DNA of 64,000 nucleotides from the NCBI GenBank assembly GCA_013239625.1, contig MU054001.1:3574167-3638166 (forward strand), in the 5' to 3' direction. A program made the position numbers and the translations under genes. Below are positions 35,075 through 48,154 of the stretch, one piece after another. Within the stretch, counting starts at the first letter, position 1; each line of letters begins with the position of its first letter. The notes under the pieces are model-generated. The model did no database searches and was not told the origin of the DNA. It worked only from the letters and a program-made list of their open reading frames with translations. The stretch comes from Lama guanicoe (Eukaryota).

Positions 35075-35637
35075 AGCATTGCCCTTTTACATCAAAATCC
35101 GAATCCTCGCTCAGAACCCTCCAATGGCTTCTCACCTCCACCATTGTAACCCCCAAGTCCTCGTTACAGCTAGCCATGAGGTCAGTATTCTCCGTCCACC
35201 TCTCTAACCTGGCTAGCCTCCCCCAGGCCACCCCAGACACAATGAACTTCCGCTTTGCCCCTCTCCAAACCCTCCAAGCTCACTCCTGTCTGGGGGCTTT
35301 TACACTAGAGTTCCTTCTGCACCACCCCTCACCCACCCAAGCCGTCTTTCCCACGTCTCCCTCTGCTTTTCCATCACCTCCTCCAAGCAGCCCCGCCCCG
35401 ACCGCCCCATCTGCCGCAGCCACCCCTCCTCCACCTGCTTCTGTCCCCTTACCTTGTTTTCTTTTCCTTCATGGCTTATTTTTGTCACCACCGGAAATTA
35501 TGCTATTATTATGTGAAGTCTGTCTCCCCTCCAGCTAGAATTCTTGGGGCAGAGACAGCGTCAGGAACTTTGCTGGAACGTGGTAGGATCTCGGTTAATA
35601 TTTGGTGAATGAATGAATACATGAATGAATGAATGAA
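35075..35637 (+). mobile_element. L2 3' fragment with (TGAA)n tail
   Basis: 'ctcagaaccctccaatggcttc...' through 'taatatttggtgaatgaatgaat'. Confidence 0.8.
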
Positions 35638-35894
35638 AAGTTCTTTCTGGAAACTGGCCACAGTTATATAAAGAAATCAAGAGCCATTGCAGTCAGTTCT
35701 CCAAGAGGTGGAGGTGCCCCAGGAAGCCCCAGGAAAAGGTGGGGATAGGCAGGTAAGGCAGGGAGGAGAGAGGCAGCCCCGTGGCCCTGCCGATGAAGAC
35801 CCACAGGTGAGATGGGAGGCCTCAGAGGGGGCGAGGAGTCTCTTCTATTTCTTATGCCACACTCGGTCCTCAGCTGTGGGAGAATTGCAGGGGT

Positions 35895-36090
35895 GAAGGG
35901 ATTAGACGTCAGACTCAAGTTTTGTGTCCCAGCTCTGCAGCTTCCTATCTTTGTGCCAGAAGAACAGTCAAGCAACCACTCTGAGCCTCAGTTTCTTCTT
36001 CTGTGCAGTGATGCTAGTAACAAGATAGCTCTTGTGAGAATCAAACAGCAGATGCATGCAAAACTGTTGCACTCAGTCAGTATTTTATCC
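35895..36090 (+). mobile_element. MIR SINE
   Basis: 'aaccactctgagcctcagtttcttcttctgt...ttgtgagaatcaaa'. Confidence 0.7.
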
Positions 36091-36554
36091 GTTCACAGAG
36101 GTGACCGTTTTGTGGCCTCTGTCTTCTGGGAAAATACTGTCCAACATCCAAGCTCCATCTCCACCTGAGGATGTGGATTTGCTCATCAGAATATATTTTT
36201 CTTTCCTTTCACATTTCGCAAGAGTTTGCTCACTTTTGGGGAAATGCACAGACCTGGCTTAGAACACCCGGGCAGGTTCCTGGCTCTGCTGGGTGGCCTG
36301 AGATCATCACTTTGCAGCGGGCTTGCCTTCCACATCAGCAATGAGATTAACAATGATCTTTGATCCCTCCACCCACGTATACCCACCAGGTTGCTCTGAG
36401 AATAAGATATTGAGTCTTTCGTGTCTAAAATTTTGTATCTTTCATTGGATCTTAATTAGAGATTTGTTTACATGAACTATAAAGTGCTATATATATTTTT
36501 CCAAAAGTAAGTATGTCCATTTACGGAATTCCATATGTTTATCTCCAGGAGTGT

Positions 36555-37280
36555 GATGATGAAGACTCTGGATGTAGACAATATAAGTTCAAACCTTGGC
36601 TCATCCATCTCCCAGGTGTGATCTCAGGCAAGTGTGCCGTCTCTCCACTACTGGTTGCATCATCTTAAAATGAAAAAACAAGAAGGCCTATCTGGCAGAT
36701 TTGAAGAGTACATGAGAAAAACATATAAAGCTGTGCACCAGTGTTCCTAAAGGCATCATTCATAATACCCGAAGAATGGAAACAACCCAAATGTCCATTG
36801 ACAGATGAATGGATAAACAAAATGCAGTCTATACATACAATGGCATATTATGCAGTCTTGAAAAGGAGGGGAAAATCTGACATATAATACAATATGGATG
36901 CACTTTGAAAACATTATGCTAAGTGAATGAAGCCAGTCTCCAAAGGGCAAATATCATATGATTTCACTCATATGAGATATTAGACTAGTCAAATTCATAG
37001 AAACAAAAAGTAGAATGGTGGTTTCCAGAAGCTGGAGAAAGGAAGAATGCGGAATTAGTGCTTAATGGGTACAGAGGTTCAGTTTTGAAAGTGAGAAAAG
37101 TTCTGGAGATGCATGGGGGTGATGGTTGCACAACAACATAAGTGGATTTAATGCCACTGAACTGTACACTTGAAAAGAGTTAAAACAATGAGTTTTGTGT
37201 TGTGTATATTTGACCATAATAAAAAACAAAAATTTAAAAAATATATGAAGTACTCACCATGGTGCCTGGCATGATGAATG
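36555..37280 (+). mobile_element. MIR SINE split by the L1 at 36735-37245
   Basis: 'ggtgtgatctcaggcaagt...catcttaaaatg' before the L1 and 'ggtgcctggcatga' after it. Confidence 0.65.
36735..37245 (+). mobile_element. L1MB-type 3' end
   Basis: 'ggaaacaacccaaatgtccattgacagatgaatggataaacaaaatg...aacattatgctaagtgaa...aatgccactgaactgtacactt' followed by an A-rich tail. Confidence 0.92.
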
Positions 37281-38624
37281 TTTGGTTTAAAGAAAAAAAA
37301 AAAACCTAAAATAGGATGCACTTCACAAGAATAGGAGATATTAATGTGCTTTTTAACCTGTAATGTGCCATCAAATATATAGTGTTCCCACCACACTTTA
37401 CCTGCAAAGTGAGTTCCCCAAATTTTTGGTGGGATTGACCCAAGGGGTTGGCATTCCTGGAAATGTTTCCTTTTCTATCAGTGACCTCCCTGCTCATCAG
37501 CCTCTCTCTGTCTCTGCTGATGTCTCTGTAAACTCATGCAGATGGACATCTGGGCAACTCACTATTTACAGAAAACCAGAAACAAATCACACTTTAATTT
37601 GCTGGTCTGATGAGTCCGGATCTCCGTGATCTGTGATTTGTTGGATGTTGTGTTTTAAAGCAAGACAGCGGCGTGAGGTTTGGCAGTGCGGGAGAAAGGG
37701 TTTTGCCCGAGTGTGGGTCATCTGGGACACACAGCCCACCAATCCTTGGTGGCTTCTCCAGTGTTATGGTGTGTGCATCCCCAGTGCTCGAGTTGTGATC
37801 CCAAGTCCCGTGTCCATCCAGGAGGAAAAGAGATCTGAGCTCTTTGGCCAGCTTGGAGGCAACCGGAAGTTCTCTTACTTTGAAATGATTTCATCCTCAC
37901 TTGCGTTGGAAGGATGCTGCCACATCCTCACTGACACAGGGTACTCAAGCTCAGGGAGGGTCACCAGGGTGTAAGACTCTTCCTTCTGTTCTTCTCAGGC
38001 CAAGTCCAGAGTGGGTGGCAGGGAGGAGGCCTGAGTCGTAGCTCTGCCACCAACATCCCAGGAAACCAGTAGGGACTCATCAGACTGTCCTGCACCTCAG
38101 TCTTTCTCACTTTAAAAGCACAACTCATGGTTCAGGTCCTCCTCCAGGCAAGGATGACCAGGAGGCTGGCCACAGAGACACAAAGGGGCTGGTCATGAGG
38201 CCGGCTTTGGGATGAGAGCCAGGAGGGTCCTGTAGGTAGAAGGTCTGGGTTTGAGATCTCAGCTCTGCCACTTACTGACCTGCCTCAGTTTCCCCATTTG
38301 TAAGTGATAAAAACTCCTGCCTACTTCATGGTGTTACTGTAAGAATTAGCTACGTTGATTTCAGCGGAGTAACCAGCGACAGGCAAGAGCATCTTTGGGA
38401 AGGCCGGATCACTGCTGCCTTGCCCGACGGCACAGCCTGAACACGCGTGGCTCTGGGAAGTGGCCTAGTGGGGGCACAGACGTGACGGGTGGACTAGGAT
38501 TGGTGAAAGATTGATTGTGACATAATGATCAACACAGAAGCTGCCTGGAGGTTGTCTAAAAGCTTCTCATTTCTTTCATTAACTCTCATGACCAGAGAAC
38601 AGAAATAAAGTCAGGTAAGTTAAG

Positions 38625-38822
38625 AGGGCATGTGGCAGCTTGAGGGGAAAGAAAATGGATTTTGATGTCGAATAATCTTGAGTTCAGATCGAATCTAGCT
38701 GTGTGGCTTTGGGAAATCTGTGTAACCTCTCTGAGTCTCAGTTTCTGTATTTATAAAGTGTGAGTAGCCATCCTTTCCCTTTCAAGGTTCTTGTGAGCAT
38801 TAGAAGAGGTAAGTGAATAACA
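38625..38822 (+). mobile_element. MIR SINE
   Basis: 'agctgtgtggctttggg...taacctctctgagtctcagtttctgtatttataaa'. Confidence 0.85.
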
Positions 38823-38829
38823 TAGTTCT

Positions 38830-39000
38830 TTTGTCTTTTTTTTTTAAGGTGAATCTTTAATTTAATTTAATATAATTTTGTATTTATTATTATTATTTTT
38901 AAGTGAAATACAATCAGTTACAATGTGTCAATTTCTGGTGTACAGCAAAATGTCCCAGTCATGCACATACATACATATATTCGTTTTCATGTTCTTTATC
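38830..39000 (-). mobile_element. Short camelid-type L1 3' end
   Basis: T-rich tail then 'cagttacaatgtgtcaatttctggtgtacagcaaaatgtcccagtcatgcacatacatacatatattcgttttcat'. Confidence 0.8.
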
Positions 39001-39069
39001 TTTTTTTTTAATTGTATGATTTACTTTTGTCTTTAATTAAATATAATTGCAACATTTTGTCACTCCTTC

Positions 39070-39487
39070 TATGGAGAGGCAGAATCGAATTCTCTACTTC
39101 TGACCAGGCACCAGCCTTGGGACGGGGTCTGATCAATAAAACACGGTGAAAGTGATGTCATGTAACTTTGGAAGAGAGGACTCAGAGGCCATGCAGCTCC
39201 TGCCTTGGAACACCACCCTGAGACCACCAGGTAAGAAAGCTGGTCTAGCCTCCGGGAGGGTGAGAGGCTGCTCAGAGGGGCTCCCGGGGCCCCAGCCAAA
39301 CTTCCCACACCGATGCCAGATGTGTGAGTGAGGCCACCCTGGGATCTTCCAGCCTCGCTGACCTCCCAGCAGAAACAAGGACAGATGCCCAGCCCACTTA
39401 CAGAACGGTGAGCAACAGTAAGCCATTGTTACGTTCAGTCATCGCGTTTTGGGGTGGTTTGTCCCATAGCAAAGACGGCCTGAAACG
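39070..39487 (+). mobile_element. MLT1 (G/H-like) LTR
   Basis: 'ccagatgtgtgagtgaggcc...cccagccc...gttttggggtggtttgt'. Confidence 0.8.
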
Positions 39488-40829
39488 GTCCTCCACATAG
39501 ACCGGTTGAACTGATTAATAGCAAAGATGAAAGTTTTTTGGAAAATACATGTGCTTTTAAGCACAAGCTGCTGTGATGATGATGATTACTCATACAGATT
39601 AGCTATAATAATAACATAAGGTAATACGACATAATCATGATTGTTGGTTGGTGACGTCTCATCTCCTGTCCCCTGGGAGAAGACCACAGCTGGCTGGAGC
39701 AGGCTTCGAGAGGCTCAAACAAGCAGCAACCCTCTCTGCAGACAAACGTGTTAAACCTCCGTCTTTTCACGTCTGTCATGGCTCTGCACTGCCTCGGTGC
39801 TGTGGCACCTGGGATGGCGCCACGGCATCTATTAATCTTGCACTACGTGGCAGCGTTGCACTCAAGTGCCACGCTCTCGGCTGCCTGTGTGGGGCATGGA
39901 GCCTATTTTTAGTGGTTTACATCTATAATTATGTATGTTTCACTGCCTCTCAAATGCATATTTGCTCCAGGGAGAGGTTATGGTTATATAATCTTAGTTG
40001 TTTTTGATAGGGCAAAATGTGTTATACCAACCTGCCAAGTCTCATTCAGCCAGACAAAACGGTCCAACTGTTTCTTCCTCACTCGGACACCCAGGGAAGC
40101 AGGGGTGAAATTTAAAATATCTAAGCACTGGTAAATCAGGGGCGCTGACAAATCAGAAGGGAACTGGCCATGACATCACTTGGTGTTTATGGGGTATATT
40201 AATTCAGCTACTTAGTCTATGAATCCATTGGTGATTTTCAGAAATTGAAGTTCCCTTCAAGGAAACTAGACAACTGGGAAGTGGGGTTTGGTATAATGTT
40301 GGTCTTAACAGGATGGCATCAATCTTGTTGACGGCCTGGGTCAGTTTCCCAAGGTATCATGCCCTTGGCCAAGAAGTTTCTCCAATGGCGGTTTCTACCC
40401 CAGGAGGAAGAAGAACTGGAAAAGTCAAGGCCAAGGTTGGGCCCCAGCGAGGGAGATCTGGGCCTGGGACCAGCAGATGGTGCAGGTGACTTGGGGAGGT
40501 TGCAGCTGTGGCGGACTGGAGGAGGTCAGGGAGGCATCCGCTGGGCTTGGAGCTGCAAAGATCCAGGCAGGGAGATGAGTTGGGGGTCAAGGCAAGTGAG
40601 TATCTGGCAGCAGGAAGCAAGCAGATATGGGCCAGGAAGAAAGCAGGCAATCTAAAGATGCCCTGAGAAAAGGTATTTTGCCTGGGGAAAACAGACCATC
40701 TTTTATTCACTCACTCATTACTCAATCATTTCTTCACTCAACAAACATTGGCAAATAACCACTGTGAACCAGATACTGTCTTAGTTACTGGGGAAACCTA
40801 ATAGTTTCCCTATGAATCCAGCTTACTTA

Positions 40830-43150
40830 CAGGGTAACTTTTTCCCCGATGTATTAAAATATGCAAGTAGAAAATTTAGAAAATAGAGAAAAGTGCACAG
40901 AAAAAAATCTGGATTCTCAACTCTTAGAGATAGTCCCTGTTTGTAGCTTATACACATCCTTCTTGCTATTTGTACATAATATGTATTTTTTAACCTCAGA
41001 ATTGGGATCATTGATATAAACTATTCTTCATTTGGTATTATCTTGTGAAAGTTTCCTACATGTCTAATATCCTTTATGAATATGACTTAATGGATTAAAA
41101 GGGAATTCCATCTTAGAAATATGCAATAAATTATTTAATTAACCCCAATTGTTGGTCATACTTGTTATCTCCAAATAAAGAATGTTACCTCCTGCCAAAA
41201 TTGTCATTTGTATGGCATGAAAACGTGCTACCTAGTACTTTCATGAAAAATAAAAAGAATAAAAAGTGAGGGTCTCTCCTATTTAGGAGGTACATCAGCA
41301 AAAGTTAGAAAATTATAGCAAATAACCTTCAATTTGCTCTAATTTGAACAAAAATTTTCAAATTCTGCCCTTCTAATACACTAGTTTAACTCTTGCTAAT
41401 TGCAGAATAATAATAACCGTGCTGGCAAGGGTGTAGAGAAAGGAAAGCTTACGTATTTCTGGTGAGAATTCAAACTCCCAATGTACTGAAAGATTTTTAA
41501 ATGATCAGACCCAGCATTTCACCTTCTAAGAATTTATGTTAAGGAATTAGTATTAGGGATATGTACAAAACTTTATGAAAAACAATATTTATATCAGCAT
41601 TATTTTTGTGCTTAATAACACAGTAACTTCTAAAAATGGAAGCTATAATTACCAGTATTATCATCATCAATTCCTTTTCCAGCCCCATCTGGCTTTGAGA
41701 CTAAGAATATTATAATTAATACATTTTTCCATTGTATGTCATCTCTTTCCAGAATTATTTTTTGACACTTACATTGTTTTATAATCACGTTAACTGCAAT
41801 TATTGAGAAATAAAGTTTTTTTAGTTCTCTTCTCTACCATCTTTCTTTTATATTGCATTTCCTTGAATCTGAATTATTTATTTTGCTTCATTTTTCAGCC
41901 ACCTGGAGTATTTCTTTGATCACTTTTTTTTTTTTTTAAGAAAGAAATAGCCATGACATAAGCTCTGAGTCCTTCCTCAAAAGATTACCCGCTCATAAGA
42001 ATGGCAGCTTGGCTACAGGTACAACTCTTTAGTCCCAGTCTCAGTCCTTCAGAAGTCCTCAGATTCTGAAACATTCTCTCCTAGAATTTGCTAAAAAAAA
42101 GTGTGGCCTCATGGAATCTCTTCCTTTCTTTTCTTGAGGGAATTCAGGATTTTTTTTTTCCTCCAAAGGAACACATGTTTATAGGATTTTCTAAATGTAT
42201 CTTTGAAATTAAACACATTTTACCTATCTATGTCTCAAAGAACTTTTACAGCATCAAAAAACTTTCTTAACAGGCCATGTGGCTTTTGCGGCCACAGGGG
42301 TTTCTGTCACAATTAGGCAATTCTGCTGCTGTAGCCCGAAAGCAGAGAATATAAATGAACAGGTGCCACTGTGTTCAAATTAAAACTTTATTTATAAGAA
42401 CAAGTGACCAGCTCATAGGATGGTGTTTGCCTTTGGATCCCAAAGACATAGGTCTTTCTTCAGTTCAGAGGAGTTTTCCATCAGATCTTTAATTATATTT
42501 TCTCGTTCAATTGTTCTGTCGTAACAATTTCAAGTCTGTTACATACATACTTGATCCCTAGCAACTGGTTAGCTTCCTTTCTCTCTGTCTCTGTCTTCCC
42601 CTCTACCCCATTTCTTTTTCCTTCGATCTCTCTCTTTTTTTCATTAGCACCATTTATTTTCTCCTTTTCATTGATTTCTGGCAAAGTTCCTTGAGCTCAT
42701 TTGCAAATGCACAGATTCAGTTTTCTGCTCTGTTAAATCTGCTCTTTACTGCCTTAATGGCATTAGCAAATTTCTACGATTCTGTTTTTCACTGGGGAAC
42801 TATCTTTCCAAATTTCAATTTTTTTCCACTAAAAGGGGCAAAAATCTAATCTTATGATAAATACTCAAATTAGAGGGGTTTCTTCTTGTTTCTTGGTAGT
42901 TTTCTCTCATGAGGGAATATTTGCTTAGATTTCTCAGAATCAGCTCCATTTTTTTAAGTCACAGAAACTTTTCATATGTCTGTTAAATTTTTTTTTAATT
43001 ATAGATACTTGCAGAAGGGAACCTGCTTACCCACTATTAGAAATTGAGAGATTCTGCTCAAATCCCTTATTTAGATATTTTCCTCACAGTTAGAAAAACA
43101 CCCTCCTTGTCTATGCTGCAGCTTTAACTTTTGTTTGGAAGGTCCGTTGA
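40830..43150. mobile_element. Patchwork of ancient L1 (L1M/L1ME-type) fragments
   Basis: AT-rich and degenerate; includes 'gctggcaagggtgtagagaaagg', 'gacccagcatttcaccttctaagaattta' and 'cagcttggctacaggtacaactctt'. Confidence 0.55.
42270..42432. mobile_element. MER58-type hAT fragment
   Basis: 'ctgctgctgtagcccgaaagcag...gtgttcaaattaaaactttatttataag'. Confidence 0.75.
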
Positions 43151-44299
43151 CTCTGAGGAGCAGGAAGTGAATGACTGAGAAGGTAAGTGTGCAGCATGGA
43201 ATTCACTCTTTCACCAGCATTTCGTTCCCCTCTGTGCCGGCATCAGGAGCTGAGGCTCTGAAGTCATCCGCAGGGCTGAGATTTGCTCACTCTACTGTGT
43301 CATAGTCTCACCTCTCTTTCAGGTGAGCCGCATTTGGTCTCACTTGGCAGAGACATTGACTGCTGTCCCAGGTGTTTATTTTTCCGCTCTGACCTTATTA
43401 ACAGCCCCAAATCAGGGCACCAAACCCCTTCTCTCACCAGCACAACTGTTGTCACTAGGGGTCCCCTTAGCAATACCTGTTCTTTGCTTCACACATCACC
43501 TATACCATATGAAGGCCAAGTGTGAAGGGGGCTGTTGGCTGTTTCCTCCGGGTGGCAGTGGGGCAATTCACAAAGTCCTTGAAATTGCGGCATACCAGCT
43601 GTGCTGCGTCCACCTTAATAAACAACGTTACTCCAGGTCTGAGGGATCTTTGAGACTCTTGGGGGATCCCTTCCATTTCTGACTGGGTCCTTCCGGGTCC
43701 TGCATTCACTGCAGACTCTCTGATTCTTTACTTTAAATACCTTCCTTCTCCACCATCTCTTTAAAAAAAAAAAATTCAAGTTTCTAGTTCAATCACAGCT
43801 TATTTTCTCACACGGATAGAGGTTTTTCCTTCCTTCCATCCTTTCTTTTTTAAATTTGGTCCTAAGGAGGTTTTGAGAGGAAGAGGAATTAAACAGAGAA
43901 ACTCAAATTGCGATCTGGAAATGGAAGTCACAGTGTGTTCTTGATTCCATCTGACAAGTTGAATTAACAATCTTGGAAAATCTTCTCTTTGCTTCTTGCA
44001 GTGACTTCGCTTTATTGGAAGACACCTGTGGTCCCCCCCCCCCTTTTTTGAACATTTCTGTCTTCTCATGTGTCTTGTGATTTTCTTTGTCTTCTTCTTT
44101 GTGTCTACCCAGCACTAGGAGTTCTGCTGGGGATTGTGTGGGTCCCTGTCTGACTTAGGCCACGATGATAAAAGAAAGGAGCAGATGAAATCTAATGGGG
44201 TTTTATTTGGTTGATTCAAAGATCCAGACACTGGAGGAAAAGGGAGCTAGAAGAGGATAGGGTAAGGGAGTCAGAGCTGGAGGTAGTTGTAGCTGCAAT

Positions 44300-45410
44300 A
44301 TTCGACTCTTTGTTCAAAGCTCTTTTCTTGTGCTTGGTATTTGTATCAAGGGTCTTACAAGTGACACAAAGTCCAACCTAGACCAGCTTATGTGAGCAAG
44401 GAAAATTGAGAGTTTTGAGTGAAGCTGAACTCGGAGTACAATGACCTTGATAATCCAGTTTCTTTCCATTGATTTGTTCCTCGGCGTCACGTGGTAGCCC
44501 CTGGAATTCTAGGTGGCAAAGTAGCTGCAATAGCTCTGGCCTCACATCCCTGCAGGTCAATTCCAGCAGCATAAAACTTGGGTCTTCCCTTTGGCTCCCA
44601 CTAAACTTTTTTTTAAAACAGTTTTATTGATATGTAATTCACATACCATACAATTCACCCATTTAAAATGTAAACTTCAGTGGTTTTAGTATATTCACAG
44701 AATTGTGTGACCATCAGCACAATCAATTTTAGAACATTTTCATTATCTCAAGAAGAAACCCTGTACCCATTACCAGTCACTCCCCAGTCCCCCATTCCCC
44801 AGCCCTAAGCAACTACTAACCTACCTTGTCTCTATAGATTTGCCCATTCTGGACATTTCATATAAATGGAATCATAAAGTTTGTGGTCCTCTCTAACGGG
44901 CTTCTTTCCTTTAGCATAATGTTTTCAAGATTCATCCATGTTGTAGCATGTATCAGAACTTCATTCATTTTTAATGGCTGGGTAATATTCTATTGCATGG
45001 ATATACCATATTTTGTTTATCCATTCTTCAGTTGATGGACATTTGGTTTCAAGCAGCCACACCATTTCAATCCCATCAACAATGTAGAAGGGTTCAATTT
45101 CCCCATATCCATGCCAACCTTTGTTATAATCTATCTTTTTGGTTATAGCTATCCCATGGTATAAAGTGGTACCTCACTGTGGACTCCCACTAAACTTTTG
45201 AGAGCCATTCTGATTGGACCACCCTGGGTGATGTGATCATTCCTGAAGAAATCACAGTGGCCAGATCTACTGGGGGCTGGATTGACCAGACCGAGGTCAT
45301 GGACTCCATCCTGGAAATCCACTCAGACCATGTGGAATCAGAATGAAGGAAGGATTGATTCCAAGGTTAAAATCATTAGTAGGATAAGAGGAACTAGGTG
45401 CTGGGAAGAT
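44300..45410 (-). mobile_element. Old MLT1 (J/K-like) LTR split by an L1
   Basis: 'ggtggcaaagtagctgcaatagctctggcctcacatcc' before the L1 and 'ttctgattggaccaccctgggtgatgtg...aatcacagtggccag' after it. Confidence 0.7.
44611..45183 (-). mobile_element. L1MB-type 3' end with perfect 16-bp TSD
   Basis: 'taattcacataccatacaattcacccatttaaa...ttctggacatttcatataaatggaatcat'; TSD ctcccactaaactttt at 44595-44610 and 45184-45199. Confidence 0.92.
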
Positions 45411-46059
45411 GAGGAATGAATGTTTACTGAAGCATGGCAGCTAGTACTTTATCAGGGCAATACCCTGACCCAGGCCTGGCATGGTTAGTCTGCTTCCGGA
45501 TTAAATCCCAAGGACCCTCTGATGTGGACACCCATCTCCCTGTGCCCTTGGCATTGTCTCACAGCCCTGACCAGCTCCAGAAGCTCTAGCCCACTCCCAT
45601 CCCTAGTGCTCACCCTGTAGGGCAGATGGTGAGATTCTGCAAAGACCTCTCTGAGATCCTTATCAAACAGATTACTCCTTCACATTTGAGAAATTTTAAC
45701 TCTGATTGGCCCATTCTTCAATCTGGCCCTCTGCTGTGTACGTAACAGACATTCTTCAGATTTTCTAGCCTATAAATTTCACTCTTCTCTAATACCCAGT
45801 GCTGATAGAAGTATTTTCCTAATTTTTTTGTTGTTGTTGTTTCTAGTTGGTCATTTCCTTGGAAAACTGGGAGTAGAGAAAAGTTAGATGCTTAAGCTGT
45901 GTCTTTCTACATTAGAGAAGTAACTCCAGCTTGCTTCTTAGAAACAGCTTATGCCCCAAGCAATCTAGTTCAAGACTGTGTTAGGAATGATGCTACTTCA
46001 AAACACAGTGTATCTCATTGGACATCCCCTCACAGGGTCAATAATATGATAGAATCAAA

Positions 46060-46270
46060 CTGCCACTTATTGAAAGTGGACACTACATGGTGGGTGCTGT
46101 GTAATGCACTTTTCATGTATCACTTCATTTCATTGTCATCAAAGTTCCATAGGGTTAACAATTTTATCTTCATATTACAGGTAAGGGAACTGAGGCTCTG
46201 AGAGGTTAAGTGACTTGCCAAAAGTCACACAGTAAGTCACAATAAGTCACAGGTAGTACCAGGATTAAGG
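46060..46270 (-). mobile_element. MIR SINE
   Basis: 'catattacaggtaagggaactgaggctctgagaggttaagtgacttgcc'. Confidence 0.9.
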
Positions 46271-46299
46271 GTCACTGCCTCTGATCACTTCACTCACCC

Positions 46300-46815
46300 C
46301 TAGTCTCTCACCAAACCTTGCAGAGCCTCCTTCACAAACATCTGAAACGCATCCTCTCCTCTGCCCCTTTCTTGTATGACCTTCGTCTTCGTTGTCCTTA
46401 CCTGCTGGGATAACCTACTCTCTGGCTCCCTGACCCTAGTCTTGCCCTCTCCGATCCATCCCCTGCCCTCTGGCCAGCATGAACTTTCTACAGAGCAACA
46501 CTGATCATGTCACTCTCCTGATTCAAAACCCTTCAAAGCAGAGAGTTCATAAGTCCTAGTACAGGACACCTACGGGCCACTGGGATGCCATCTTTCTTGC
46601 CGCCCCTTCATGCACCCACCTTGTTACTAATGGGAACCCCTTGCCATCCCCTCAGCGCACCATGCTCCTTCCTGCTTCTGTGCCTTTACATAGGTCCCCA
46701 TCCACGTCTCATCCTTCACCGAGTTTCTTCCTCCACAGTCCTCATCCCTCAAGGCCAAATCTAAACAGCAACGTGTAGAAGTAGAAGAAGGCGTTCCTGA
46801 ACCGCACCACCCCCA
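46300..46815 (+). mobile_element. L2 fragment
   Basis: 'ctgatcatgtcactctcctgattcaaaacccttcaa', 'ccatgctccttcctgc'. Confidence 0.7.
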
Positions 46816-48061
46816 TAGCCCCTGTGCCTGAAGGCAGGGAGCAGGATCTGGTAGCCCCAGGTGCCACAGCCTACTTGCTTGACCTACTTCCCGGATGTCC
46901 TCAGGGTCACAATAGCGAGAACAACACAGCGGACTCTGAACCCTTTCCCTAACAGAGGCGAAGGCTTAACCCATTCTCTGTGTGAGTTGGTTCATTTCCT
47001 CCAGGCTGGTTCAGCAGCCCCAGTACATATGGAACTTTGGGTCAGTGGCCACAGTTTTTGCCACCTGCAGATTAGAAGAGAACGCTTTTCCAGATCATCT
47101 CCAAAGCTTTTTCCACTCTAAATTTCAGGATTCCACATACTATCTTATCTTAGGGTCTATACTGAGCTAAGCGCAACCTCATATTTTTCCATCTGCATGT
47201 CTCTGTCTCTCTTTCTCCACATCACCCTCCTCCTCCATGTCATTTGGTTACCACCCAGGTGAGACCTGCTCCTAGGAAGCTGTCTGGGCTGTAAGGAGCT
47301 GGTATTATTTACAATACACCTGAGTCTCGGATTCTGCAGTCTTGCAGGTGGAGGGTCTTAGCAGCGGGTCCCCAGCATGCTGCATGTCCTGCTTGAGGAG
47401 GAATAAAAGGCCAGGCTGGACGCCTGCAGGATGGATAAACAAACCCATACATTTGCTGCCTGCCCAAAAGGAAAGAAAGAACGAAAAGGTATTGATTACA
47501 AGGCATTCAAGTGCCTGGGGCTTTAACAGACACTCAAAATTGGATGCATTGCTCAAGATCAATAGTAGGTTTTATGTCTCTGACCTAAAAAGTACCAGCG
47601 CCATGTAATTTAAACACAGGCAGCTATATTTCCTAACACCCGGCATGCTTTCCGCAGCTACCGCGGACACGTGTGACTTCATCTCCGCAACCATCTTCCT
47701 TTTTTGCCGGAAGCTGACATGGATAAACACAAGGATGTCCGAGAATGTAGAATCAACCATTTGTGATATCATAACCTCAGAGCAGTGTTGAATGGCTGGG
47801 ATTGAACCCTGGGGGCCAGGCAGCTGATAAGAGGATACAGAGAGGGTGGGGTTCTGAGGTTGGAAATGAAGGAGAAAGATGTTGGGTGCACCTGGGGTCT
47901 TCCATCCTGTAGGAGGGGAGGCACCCAGTTTACAGAGGAAGAAACACAGTCAGTTGCTTCCTTGAGTGAACGGGAGTTTGGCTGCCACGAGAGGATGGGC
48001 CAGGTGATGGCTAGGAGAACACTTGTGCCCAAGAATTTCCAGACATGCATGCATGCACATC

Positions 48062-48064
<3 letters not shown>

Positions 48065-48097
<33 letters not shown>
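48065..48097. repeat. (CA)n microsatellite
   Basis: About 16 CA units. Confidence 0.97.
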
Positions 48098-48100
<3 letters not shown>

Positions 48101-48154
48101 CTCACCGCAGGGGAAAAACAGGGAAGCAGAAGCAGAAAAGTAGAAAGTGTCACT

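Noticed and set aside
46220..46252. Triple 'aagtcaca' direct repeat
   Set aside because: Local slippage duplication inside a MIR; not an array.
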